This document shows positions 46,860 through 55,425 of a stretch of 64,000 bases of DNA, piece after piece; the first letter of the stretch is position 1; every line of letters begins with the position of its first letter. The notes under the pieces are model-generated. The model did not search any database. It was not told the origin of the DNA and was given only the letters and a program-made list of their open reading frames with translations. The stretch covers positions 18,050-82,049 of the forward strand of contig CAZRPW010000004.1 of the NCBI GenBank assembly GCA_964601975.1, read 5' to 3'. Source of the DNA: an uncultured Bacteroides sp. (lineage in GTDB: Bacteria; Bacteroidota; Bacteroidia; Bacteroidales; GCA-2748055). The translations under genes and the position numbers were made by a program.

Positions 46860-47552
46860 ATGAAATCCAGACTATTTATTTTATTGATTGCTTTATCATT
46901 TTATGCCTGTAATCATTCAGAGCAGAAAGCCCTGAGCCTTTTCAACGGATCAGATTTATCCGGCTGGCATGTGGATGTTCCGGCGATGGATGCGAATCCG
47001 GATACGCTTAATCCTTTCATCGTACGCGACGGTATGCTGGTTAGCCTGGGAACCCCGGGGGGGCATATAATAACGGACAAGGAGTTTCAGAATTACAGAC
47101 TTTTAGTCGAATATCGTTTTGCAGGAGAACCTGGTAATTGCGGTGTATTGGTTCATGCAAGTACGCCTCGTGCACTGTATGGTATGTTCCCAAAATCCAT
47201 GGAGGTTCAGATGGAGCACAAAAATGCCGGTGATTTTTGGTGTATTGTTGAGGATATTTCGGTGCCCGATATGGAAAGCAGACGCGGACCGAAAGAAAAC
47301 TGGGGAATCACAGAAGGGAAGGCCCGGAACGTGAAAAACCTGACAGATGACTCCGAGAAGCCGGTGGGCGAATGGAATACCATGCAGATAGAAGCCGTGG
47401 GAAGTGAGGTAAAGGTTTGGGTAAACGGAGTACTGGTTAATCATGGCTTTGATTGTACCGCCGATAAGGGCCGGATTGCCCTGCAGGCTGAGGGCTCCGA
47501 AGTGGAGTTCAGAAAGCTTGAATTAAAAGCAATCGACAAGATTTCAGATTAG
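46860..47552 (+). CDS. DUF1080 (3-keto-disaccharide hydrolase-like) lipoprotein
   Basis: Lipobox FYAC, LFNGSDLSGW, NYRLLVEYRF, GNCGVL, GEWNTM.I, IALQAEGSEVEFR. Confidence 0.9.
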   Translation: MKSRLFILLIALSFYACNHSEQKALSLFNGSDLSGWHVDVPAMDANPDTLNPFIVRDGMLVSLGTPGGHIITDKEFQNYRLLVEYRFAGEPGNCGVLVHASTPRALYGMFPKSMEVQMEHKNAGDFWCIVEDISVPDMESRRGPKENWGITEGKARNVKNLTDDSEKPVGEWNTMQIEAVGSEVKVWVNGVLVNHGFDCTADKGRIALQAEGSEVEFRKLELKAIDKISD

Positions 47553-48742
47553 TAGACTTTCACCACCACTGCTCCATGGGGAGGAACAGAACTGCCAAAG
47601 GAGCCCTGGAATTTGCCCATGTCTTTTTTCTGCCAGAGATCCCGCACCTGCATCTTTAGATTTTGCGGAAGCCCCACTTCATGCCAGCCGAAACTTATGT
47701 TCTGAATAATTTCTGAACGGTTGAACAGTAACACTGCCCGGCTCCCATCCTGAAGTTCTTTGCTCCAGACCTCAAGGTCGCCATCGTCCCTGACTTTCTT
47801 ACCCTGCCTTCCAAGAGGATCCTGGTTGATTGCAATAAGTTCTTTATTGGTAATGATCTCAAGCACCTCGTCAGACATATTCCTGATATCATTTCCAAGC
47901 ATAAGTGGCGCGGCCAGAATGCACCACAGGCTGAAGTGAGACAGGTTCTCATCATAACTCAGTTCACCATTTCCCACCTCCAGCATGTCAGGATCATTCC
48001 AGTGCCCCGGTCCGGCATAGGCTTCCAGTCCCACCTGAAGATCCAGGATCTTGGTGAAACCCATGAAGTTTTCAATCTGAACTCCGCGGGAATGAGCTTT
48101 TGTTCCGCAATCCCAGCAGGGTCTTATGTCAAAGGTGGTGCGCCACAGGTTTCCCACCTCGGGAGCCCAGGTCCAGGGTTGGCTTGTTCCCCACTCACAG
48201 ATGCTGAACACAATGGGTCTGCCAGCTTTCATCAGGGCATCCTTCATCAGTTTGTAGCTGTCGGGGGCATGTTGCATCCCGGTATTGCACCAATCGTATT
48301 TCAGGTAATCAACCCCCCAGGATGCGTAGGTTCTGGCATCCTGGTATTCATAGCCAAGACTGCCAGGGAAGCCACCACAGGTCATATAGCCGGCATCGGA
48401 ATAGATGCCAAATTTCAGCCCTTTTGAATGGACATAATCTGAAAGGGCCTTAATACCCTTGGGGAATTTCTCCTGGTTAACCATGATATATCCTTCTGCA
48501 TCCCTGTCAATCTGCCACCCATCATCAATCACAATGAATTCATATCCGGCTTCTTTCAGGCCTTTTTCCTCGAAAATGTCGGCCACCTCCCTCACCAGGT
48601 CCTCATGAATATTCAGGCGAAAGGTGTTCCAGCTGTTCCAGCCCATGGGTGGGGTGAGGGCTAATTCGTCAAATCCGGACTGAGCCTGCAGATTACACAA
48701 AGCTATTGCAATGCAGGCAGAGAGAAGGAGTGCTTTATTCAT
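47549..48742 (-). CDS. Glycoside hydrolase family 27 alpha-galactosidase, exported
   Basis: LTPPMGWNSWN, IDDGWQ, KFGIYSDAG, YLKYDWC, WRTTFDI, DPDMLEVGN, APLMLGND; start at ATG 48742 gives a clean signal peptide. Confidence 0.93.
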   Translation of the reverse strand: MNKALLLSACIAIALCNLQAQSGFDELALTPPMGWNSWNTFRLNIHEDLVREVADIFEEKGLKEAGYEFIVIDDGWQIDRDAEGYIMVNQEKFPKGIKALSDYVHSKGLKFGIYSDAGYMTCGGFPGSLGYEYQDARTYASWGVDYLKYDWCNTGMQHAPDSYKLMKDALMKAGRPIVFSICEWGTSQPWTWAPEVGNLWRTTFDIRPCWDCGTKAHSRGVQIENFMGFTKILDLQVGLEAYAGPGHWNDPDMLEVGNGELSYDENLSHFSLWCILAAPLMLGNDIRNMSDEVLEIITNKELIAINQDPLGRQGKKVRDDGDLEVWSKELQDGSRAVLLFNRSEIIQNISFGWHEVGLPQNLKMQVRDLWQKKDMGKFQGSFGSSVPPHGAVVVKVY

Positions 48743-48794
48743 GATTGTTTTTTTATGCATGTGATCTGGGAAATAGCTCACGTTCATCTTTATA

Positions 48795-48834
48795 GAAAAC
48801 CGGTAGTTCAAATTTAGAATTCGAACTACCGGTT
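48795..48834 (-). terminator. Intrinsic terminator after trpB
   Basis: Perfect 12-bp arms AACCGGTAGTTC/GAACTACCGGTT, extendable to 17 bp with one G-U pair and a 3-nt loop, followed by a T-run on the minus strand. Confidence 0.75.
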
Positions 48835-48868
48835 CAGGCTTAGAATCTTATCAGTGGTGAAAATGGTT

Positions 48869-50068
48869 TTACTCGGGTAAGCCATAGGTGTCGACCACAA
48901 AATCGAGGTCTTTGTCACCCCTTCCGCTTAAATTTACAAGTATGGATTTTTGGGGCTGCTCCTTGGCTACTTTCATAGCGTAAGCCACAGCGTGTGCGCT
49001 TTCAAGAGCAGGGATAATCCCTTCTAAACGACTTAATTCGTAAAAGGCATCGACGGCCTCCTGGTCATTAATCATATCGTAGTTAACGGCTTTGATGTCT
49101 TTCAACATGCTGTGCTCGGGGCCCACACCCGGATAATCCAATCCACTTGCACAAGAGTATACCGGAGCAGGTTCTCCTTTTTCATCCTGCAGTGTGTAAC
49201 ATTTAAAACCATGAATCATTCCGGGTTTCCCAAAGCTCATGGTGGCGGCATGATCTCCCAGCTCCAGAGACCGGCCTGCTGGTTCCACACCATGAAGCTT
49301 GCATTCTTCATCACCCAAAAAAGCTGAGAAAATGCCCATGGCATTACTTCCACCGCCTACACAGGCTATCACATTATCGGGCAATTCGCCGGTCATGTCG
49401 AAAAACTGTTCCCGAGCTTCAATTCCAACGATACGCTGGAAATCCCGAACCATCATGGGGAAGGGATGAGGTCCTACCACAGAGCCAATACAGTATATCG
49501 TATTCACCGGATCTTCGAGGTAAGCATTAAAGGCCGAATCAACCGCCTCTTTCAGCGTTTTTAACCCATGAGTAACCGGAACAACTTCAGCGCCCAGGAT
49601 TTTCATCCGTAACACATTGGGGTGCTCTTTGGCAATGTCAACTTCGCCCATATGAATTTCGCACTCAAGTCCAAAATATGCAGCAGCTGTAGCCAGGGCA
49701 ACTCCATGCTGACCAGCGCCGGTTTCTGCAATTAGTTTTTTCTTGCCCAGATGCTTGGCCAGTAGGGCTTCACCCATACAATGGTTAAGCTTATGCGCTC
49801 CTGTATGATTCAGATCTTCACGTTTTAAATAGATACGCCCTCCGTATTTTTCGGACAAACGTGCACAATAGTATACCGGAGTAGGCCGACCCTGGTAATG
49901 CTTGCGTATACTTCTTAATTCCTGAATGAAATTGTGAGACTTACTGATGGTGTGATAGGCATCGGTAATTTTTTTCATCTCAACTTCCAGCTGTGGCGGA
50001 ATAAACGCACCACCATATTCTTTGAAGAAACCGTCTTTATTGGGATATTCTTTAAAATAATTTGTCAT
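48869..50068 (-). CDS. trpB: Tryptophan synthase beta chain (stand-alone)
   Basis: [16 protein letters not shown] (PLP lysine), [50 protein letters not shown]. Confidence 0.95.
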   Translation of the reverse strand: MTNYFKEYPNKDGFFKEYGGAFIPPQLEVEMKKITDAYHTISKSHNFIQELRSIRKHYQGRPTPVYYCARLSEKYGGRIYLKREDLNHTGAHKLNHCMGEALLAKHLGKKKLIAETGAGQHGVALATAAAYFGLECEIHMGEVDIAKEHPNVLRMKILGAEVVPVTHGLKTLKEAVDSAFNAYLEDPVNTIYCIGSVVGPHPFPMMVRDFQRIVGIEAREQFFDMTGELPDNVIACVGGGSNAMGIFSAFLGDEECKLHGVEPAGRSLELGDHAATMSFGKPGMIHGFKCYTLQDEKGEPAPVYSCASGLDYPGVGPEHSMLKDIKAVNYDMINDQEAVDAFYELSRLEGIIPALESAHAVAYAMKVAKEQPQKSILVNLSGRGDKDLDFVVDTYGLPE

Positions 50069-50171
50069 CTCAAATGGGATAAGGATTAATAATAAGCTTA
50101 GAGCATTGCATTTTCACAAAGCCGAAATTAATGATTACTTAGCAAACTCCAAGTTTTGATAAATGAAAATA

Positions 50172-50549
50172 TTACTCGGTCAACCATTTCAAAGCCGCAG
50201 GTTCGGTTGAGAATAGTTTTACCTTGAATCCTATCTCCTTATATACTCTATCTCTAAAAATGATGGATCCTGCAACTGAATACGGATGGCTCACAATGAG
50301 AGCCTGTTTCCTTCCTTTAACAACACCCTCAATTTCTCGCATGAATTCAATCATTTTTGACAAATGACTAATAGGAATTTTGAACTTCCCATCTCTATAA
50401 TCGGAAAGGAGGTTGTACCCGTTTTGAGTGAAATCCTTGATTTTAAGGAATTCACCCCAGGCTTCTTCAATTTCTTCTGCATGAATGATTCCAGAATGCT
50501 TGTACCTGATGATTCTCCATTCGTGGTCAATTTCGATTGAATATTTCAT
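50172..50549 (-). CDS. Small hypothetical protein, STAS/SEC14-like
   Basis: 125 aa alpha/beta pattern (IIRYKHSG.I..EE, LLSDYRD, KQALIV, F.TE.AALKWL); the fold call is tentative. Confidence 0.65.
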   Translation of the reverse strand: MKYSIEIDHEWRIIRYKHSGIIHAEEIEEAWGEFLKIKDFTQNGYNLLSDYRDGKFKIPISHLSKMIEFMREIEGVVKGRKQALIVSHPYSVAGSIIFRDRVYKEIGFKVKLFSTEPAALKWLTE

Positions 50550-50677
50550 GGGGTTTATTTCTTAAACATTTCAAAAATTAGAAAATCCATTATGTATTTC
50601 AATCATAAACAACCGAACCGCGAATATTGTTAAAACAGGGTTTTGCTTTAAATATGTATTTTCATCAGATTTCTTTA

Positions 50678-50801
50678 GACATTCTGGAAAATTCTGATTA
50701 GCAATGCCATCAAGTATTCCCAGCCCAAAACTCAGGTGGAAATCTATAGCGAGCTTTTATCCGACCAACTTAAGATGCTTGTCCAGTATCAGGGAATGGG
50801 T
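50678..50801 (+). pseudogene. Fragment of a histidine-kinase ATPase (HATPase_c) domain
   Basis: DILEN, then a +1 frameshift at 50693, then LISNAIKYSQPKTQVEIYSELLSDQLKMLVQYQGMG: an N-box followed by a decayed G1 box. No start codon and no rest of the gene. Confidence 0.65.
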
Positions 50802-50806
50802 CAGTA

Positions 50807-51637
50807 TTAATACTTAATCACTTTAAATGACTTTCTGGCCTGTGATCCCACTTGAATAAAGTACATCCCTTTTTCCAGTTGCCTGATGTCAACTTGGGTA
50901 ATCGTGGAGCTTATCTTTCCTTTAAGTACTTGTTTGCCAGCTTGATCTATTATATAATAGGATGAACCAAGGATGCTGTTGTCTGCATCAATTGTGACAA
51001 AGTCACTGGCCGGATTTGGATAAAGGGATACTTTTAATCCACCAGCAGAAATATCGGGTATGCTGGTTATAAACTCTTTTATGCTTAAGATTGAAACCAT
51101 AATCGTATCGCCGCTTGTTCTGCCATCGCCATTGGCAATGTTAAATGCACCGTAAAAATTAGTCTCCCCCGAACCTTCAGCAGGTGCTGTCCAATCAAAT
51201 GTCCAGGATACAGAATCGCTGCCTGTCGCACCTGCAGCAGACTGGGTAATGTAATTTGGATCTGAAGTTAGTTTTGTATTTGATCCGGTATTGACCAATG
51301 TTCCCAAAAAGTTCCCTAAAGTATCCTGGGGGGAAACCTGAAAGCCAAATTTTGTATGGCCTGTTCCTTTTGCCGTGGCGGTTATGGTGTAGGTCGACCC
51401 CGGGAGATATCCTTCGGTCGGAATGTTAGAGGTGATCCACCCGGTTTGGCTTTGAACTTCCGGGCCGCTATGGCAGCTCGAACAGTCCCTGAGATCATTT
51501 GCCGGATCTCCGCTGTATCCTGCAGGTGGTCCTGATGCATACAAAACCGAATAGTTGTTTTTATCCCCGTCAAATGTAAATGCCATTATACCAATTGCAA
51601 TGAAAATTACTGTCAGAAAAAGGGCTGTCGTTTTCAT
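50807..51637 (-). CDS. Reeler-like (choice-of-anchor V type) protein with CXXCH and a T9SS C-terminal domain
   Basis: Signal peptide, SGPPAGYSGDP...DCSSCHSG, FGFQV, W.FDWTAP...G...FY, then SLYPNPASDF...DQAGKQVL...LEKGMYF.QV. Confidence 0.82.
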   Translation of the reverse strand: MKTTALFLTVIFIAIGIMAFTFDGDKNNYSVLYASGPPAGYSGDPANDLRDCSSCHSGPEVQSQTGWITSNIPTEGYLPGSTYTITATAKGTGHTKFGFQVSPQDTLGNFLGTLVNTGSNTKLTSDPNYITQSAAGATGSDSVSWTFDWTAPAEGSGETNFYGAFNIANGDGRTSGDTIMVSILSIKEFITSIPDISAGGLKVSLYPNPASDFVTIDADNSILGSSYYIIDQAGKQVLKGKISSTITQVDIRQLEKGMYFIQVGSQARKSFKVIKY

Positions 51638-51938
51638 TAGGGTTCATTTTATGGTTAGAATAAAACTTTTCTTATGTATTGTTTTATGGATGAGTTGCCA
51701 TTGGATGAGGTCTGATAAAACATCTCAATCTGAACATGTATATAGCAAGGTATGAAAAAATCCATTTGAAATCTTCAGCAGATCAGGATTTAACAGTCAC
51801 GATCAGGGTGAAAAAGAGCCCCATCCGCTGAGGTGGTTGAGGCCGGATTTTTTGATCAAAGAGCCTGGTTAGATTTCTGAATTGGACACTCTGGATTTAT
51901 TTTTTTGTAGCTTTAATAAAAATCAAAGCTTACGGTCT

Positions 51939-52661
51939 ATGGTTCGATATATTGCACTTCTTTTTTTCGGGGCAATGGTTTACATGAATTACCTTGCCAA
52001 TTCGCTGCCAATGAATGGCAAAACAACCGGGCAGCTTTCAGATGTCTATCCCAACCTTTTTGTTCCTTCAGGTATCACATTCACGATTTGGGGAATAATA
52101 TATTTATTGCTTGCTGTTTATTGTGTGGTGCAATATTTACCTGCATCAAAAGAAATGGCCATTAAAATAGGATGGTTATTTATTATATCCTGTTTGTTTA
52201 ATGGTTTATGGATTGTTGCATGGCATTACCAGAAACTCCCAATATCATTATTGATAATGATGGGCCTGCTGATATCGCTTATTCTTATAAATCTTCAACT
52301 CAGGGATTTGCCCATGGGAGTGTTGAAAGCAGCATTTGGCATATACCTGGGTTGGATCTGTATCGCCACAATAGCCAATGTAACGGCCTTATTAGTGAAT
52401 ACCGGCTGGGGAGGAATGGGGTTTTCGCAAGAGGCATGGACCATTATCATGATTGCCGTAGGTACATTGATTGTTTCGCTAACAGTCATGAGAATCGACA
52501 ATCCTTTTATCGGTCTTTCAGTGGTATGGGCTTTTACCGGCATAATTTTAAAACGCTCGGTAGATTATAGAAGTATTGTTATCGCTGCAGCCATAGGGAT
52601 ATTGCTTGTAGGTATGGTCACCATCATGGGCTTTCTCGGGAAAAGGATACACCTCTTATAG
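51939..52661 (+). CDS. TspO/MBR-related tryptophan-rich membrane protein
   Basis: NYLAN.LP.NG.TTGQLSD.YPNLFVPSG.TF.IWGIIY, FGIYLGWI.IATIAN; about 8 TMs; start at ATG 51939. Confidence 0.8.
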   Translation: MVRYIALLFFGAMVYMNYLANSLPMNGKTTGQLSDVYPNLFVPSGITFTIWGIIYLLLAVYCVVQYLPASKEMAIKIGWLFIISCLFNGLWIVAWHYQKLPISLLIMMGLLISLILINLQLRDLPMGVLKAAFGIYLGWICIATIANVTALLVNTGWGGMGFSQEAWTIIMIAVGTLIVSLTVMRIDNPFIGLSVVWAFTGIILKRSVDYRSIVIAAAIGILLVGMVTIMGFLGKRIHLL

Positions 52662-52870
52662 AGCAGCACCTCGGTGATAATTACTGAAAATGATTTACAA
52701 TCGAAGTTTATTGGCCTAAATAATTGATTGCGTATTCCAATTGAATATCCAGTGGCATCTCCTTATCATTGGAACAACCAGGGTACAAAAGCCTTTTGCT
52801 TCTTGAAATTTGTTTTGTTTTCATTATTACTTATATTCAAGGTAGCGATTACCTGAAAATAGCGATATAT

Positions 52871-54091
52871 ATGGAAGATAACCGTCACCGAGCCCGCCAC
52901 TGTTTTATCTTGTTCTTAAGTCTATTTCTGCTTTCAGCCTGTAATAAGGAGGGTCCCGATGCGAATATCCTTTATACTGGAACATTCTTAATCGGCAGTA
53001 AGGGTGAAGATGATGCCCGGCGTGGTCTCTATACCGTAAAGGCTGGTTCAGCACCCGTTTTTGTGACAGAAATTATTCCCTACAATTTTTCATGCTGGTA
53101 CATGCACATAAACAATGATGTATTAGCTTACAGGGTATCTTCAACACAGAAGCTGAATACCTCCGGCATTGCATATGCCAGGACCGACGACCTTTCCAAT
53201 GTTCTTTTTGCACCCATCCCTGGTGCTCCTGAGGGTTACTATTATTCTGTTGCAACCCAGCCCCCGAGGGTGCTATCCGATGGACGTATTGCTTATCTGG
53301 TGGCTCTGGAGACAGACAGTCCGTACGATAATTGGTTTGCAGGACAGATTGCCATTTTTAATCCGGAGAGCGGGGATATCGAATTGTCGGGTGATCCCAG
53401 TGAATTTGTGCGCAATCAGCCCGAAATCGGGGTTGATACGGAAGATGGAACCATGAAGAGCGGTTTTGCGGTTTCTCCGGATGACCGTTATATCTATTGT
53501 GAGGCTTATGGGTATGGGACAGATTTTGGTGAAGTGCACAGGGATTATTCCTTCATTGTGCGCTATACAATCGGATCCCCGGGATCCTATGAACGGGTGT
53601 ACCAGATGGCTGGTTTACCCCTTGGAGAAACACCTGGTGGAGAGGAGCTGATTGTAACCAGTGATTCAAAACTATATCAGATTGACCTGACAACAAAAGC
53701 TGTGACTGAATTGGCCGAATATGCCTACTTTCCTCTTCCAGGACAAATGTCCAGCAAATCTCAGAAAATGATTCGTTCCTGGGGCTCTACCAATTCGCAC
53801 AGTGCAGGGATCAGCGAATTGAACCATACACAGATACCCATGTCCGAAACACAAATCATTGATGACGAACAGATGGAAGTCCCCCGTTACCGGATTGTCA
53901 GCCTGAAGTGGGGTGGAGTCTACGATGCGAGTGAGTCAGGGATTTACCTGGGATTGTCCCGCAGACTGAACAATGAAAATTTCTATAATATTGCCCACGC
54001 TCCTTTAGGCGATTTATCTGAGAATCCTGATAGCATTACCTCTTTCCCAACCGACTATGATATGGGGGTGTTTATCTACCTGGGGGAATAA
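52871..54091 (+). CDS. Hypothetical lipoprotein, probable beta-propeller
   Basis: Lipobox LSAC; repeated beta motifs (VLSDGRIAY, IAIFNP, AVSPDDRYIY, LYQIDL); start at ATG 52871. Confidence 0.7.
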   Translation: MEDNRHRARHCFILFLSLFLLSACNKEGPDANILYTGTFLIGSKGEDDARRGLYTVKAGSAPVFVTEIIPYNFSCWYMHINNDVLAYRVSSTQKLNTSGIAYARTDDLSNVLFAPIPGAPEGYYYSVATQPPRVLSDGRIAYLVALETDSPYDNWFAGQIAIFNPESGDIELSGDPSEFVRNQPEIGVDTEDGTMKSGFAVSPDDRYIYCEAYGYGTDFGEVHRDYSFIVRYTIGSPGSYERVYQMAGLPLGETPGGEELIVTSDSKLYQIDLTTKAVTELAEYAYFPLPGQMSSKSQKMIRSWGSTNSHSAGISELNHTQIPMSETQIIDDEQMEVPRYRIVSLKWGGVYDASESGIYLGLSRRLNNENFYNIAHAPLGDLSENPDSITSFPTDYDMGVFIYLGE

Positions 54092-54205
54092 TTGCACTGG
54101 GATTGCGCTGCTCCTAAGTGATCGTGCCAATTTTTAGAGTAAATCTAACTAGCCTTCATCGCTCAGATTAAGGACCTTTGCCTGTTGAGTTCAGACTTTT
54201 CATTT

Positions 54206-54232
54206 GCAGATGCGACCCGAGGTCGTATCTGT
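54206..54232 (+). other. Intergenic REP-like hairpin
   Basis: GCAGATGCGACC-CGA-GGTCGTATCTGT: 12-bp stem with two G-U pairs and no downstream U-tract. Confidence 0.4.
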
Positions 54233-54412
54233 GGGAAACATGAGACGACAAGGTGTCTGCTGGTTTTTATTGTAAATACCGGGCAAAATATTATTCTTCA
54301 TCATCATTAATTCCTGGATTATGGGTCATTTAACATTTTTTTGGGATTATGGTTACAGATTTAATGATACTTTTCAAAAGTTCAAATACTGAGAGATCTG
54401 ATAACTCTGTTT

Positions 54413-55414
54413 ATGAGAAAAATACAATTGAAGTCTTTTCTTCTAACCATGATTGTTTGTTTTACCGGCTTTGCCAGTGACCTGAAATCACAGAGCCCAA
54501 CAGATGGTGAAATGACCTTTTCTGTGAGAACAGTTACAGCGAATGGGGATTTCTCTCCAAAACATGTGCTGGCTATTTGGGTAGAGGACCAGGCAGGATT
54601 TGTATTGACAAGAAAGTTAGGGGGGGATAGGCGCAAGGAATATCTCTACACCTGGAATAGTAATTCTGGCGGTAATGTTGTCGATGCCACAACGGGAGCT
54701 ACACTTTCCAGTCACCAAACCCATTCTGTAACATGGGACTGCAGGAATGTGAACGGGGACCTTGTGCCGGATGGGGAATACACAGTATTCGTTGAGTTTA
54801 CTGAAGAACATGCACAGGGCCCACTTAGATTGGTCACCTTTACCAAGGGTTCAGAAATGGTATCTATGGCTCCTGCAGATGATGCAAATTTCAAGGACAT
54901 AGAGTTAGTATTTGAGCCCAATGTTGCTTTAACAGCAGCTTATACATACAGTGTGGAAGATTTGACAGTGACCTTCACCAATATTTCAAGCGGTGCAGAA
55001 TCCTACTCATGGGATTTTGGAGATGGGAGTTCAAGCACAGCAGAGAACCCGGTGCATACTTTTGCAGCTGCCGGAACCTATACGGTTGTATTAACTGCGG
55101 TGGCAGGTATGGAAAGTGTGACAGATGAAGTATTAATTGCTATTTCCTCTCCTACTGGTCTCGAAAATTCCCACTTTGATGATATACAAATTTATCCCAA
55201 TCCCACGCATGGAATTGTGATCATAAATTTAAAGGACCTTACTGGAGATACCTCAATTAAGATTTTCGATCTGAAAGGAAGCCTGGTTTATTCCGGGGAT
55301 ATGCGCAACCCAGGAATCTATTTTATCAATATCTCGGAATATAGGAATGGCACCTATGTTATACAGACGGAACGAGAACATCATTCATCCCGCCAGATGA
55401 TCATTAAAGAATAA
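54413..55414 (+). CDS. DUF2271-like domain + PKD domain + T9SS C-terminal domain protein
   Basis: Signal peptide; KHVLAIWVED...DATTGAT...VTWDC.N..G..VPDGEY; PKD (VTFTNIS...SYSWDFGDG..ST.ENPVHTF...GTYTV.L); CTD IYPNPTHG...IFDLKG.LV...GTYV. Confidence 0.85.
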   Translation: MRKIQLKSFLLTMIVCFTGFASDLKSQSPTDGEMTFSVRTVTANGDFSPKHVLAIWVEDQAGFVLTRKLGGDRRKEYLYTWNSNSGGNVVDATTGATLSSHQTHSVTWDCRNVNGDLVPDGEYTVFVEFTEEHAQGPLRLVTFTKGSEMVSMAPADDANFKDIELVFEPNVALTAAYTYSVEDLTVTFTNISSGAESYSWDFGDGSSSTAENPVHTFAAAGTYTVVLTAVAGMESVTDEVLIAISSPTGLENSHFDDIQIYPNPTHGIVIINLKDLTGDTSIKIFDLKGSLVYSGDMRNPGIYFINISEYRNGTYVIQTEREHHSSRQMIIKE

Positions 55415-55425
55415 AAGCCCCAACT

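Noticed and set aside
51780-51860. Minus-strand string resembling a kinase C-terminal G.GS.FFFTL motif
   Set aside because: Needs a frameshift, is very short, and is on the opposite strand to the kinase fragment at 50678; not distinguishable from chance.
52708-52824. 38-aa minus-strand ORF MKTKQISRSKRLLYPGCSNDKEMPLDIQLEYAINYLGQ, resembling an eroded lipoprotein start
   Set aside because: It lacks a hydrophobic signal core and any recognisable homology; too weak to call.
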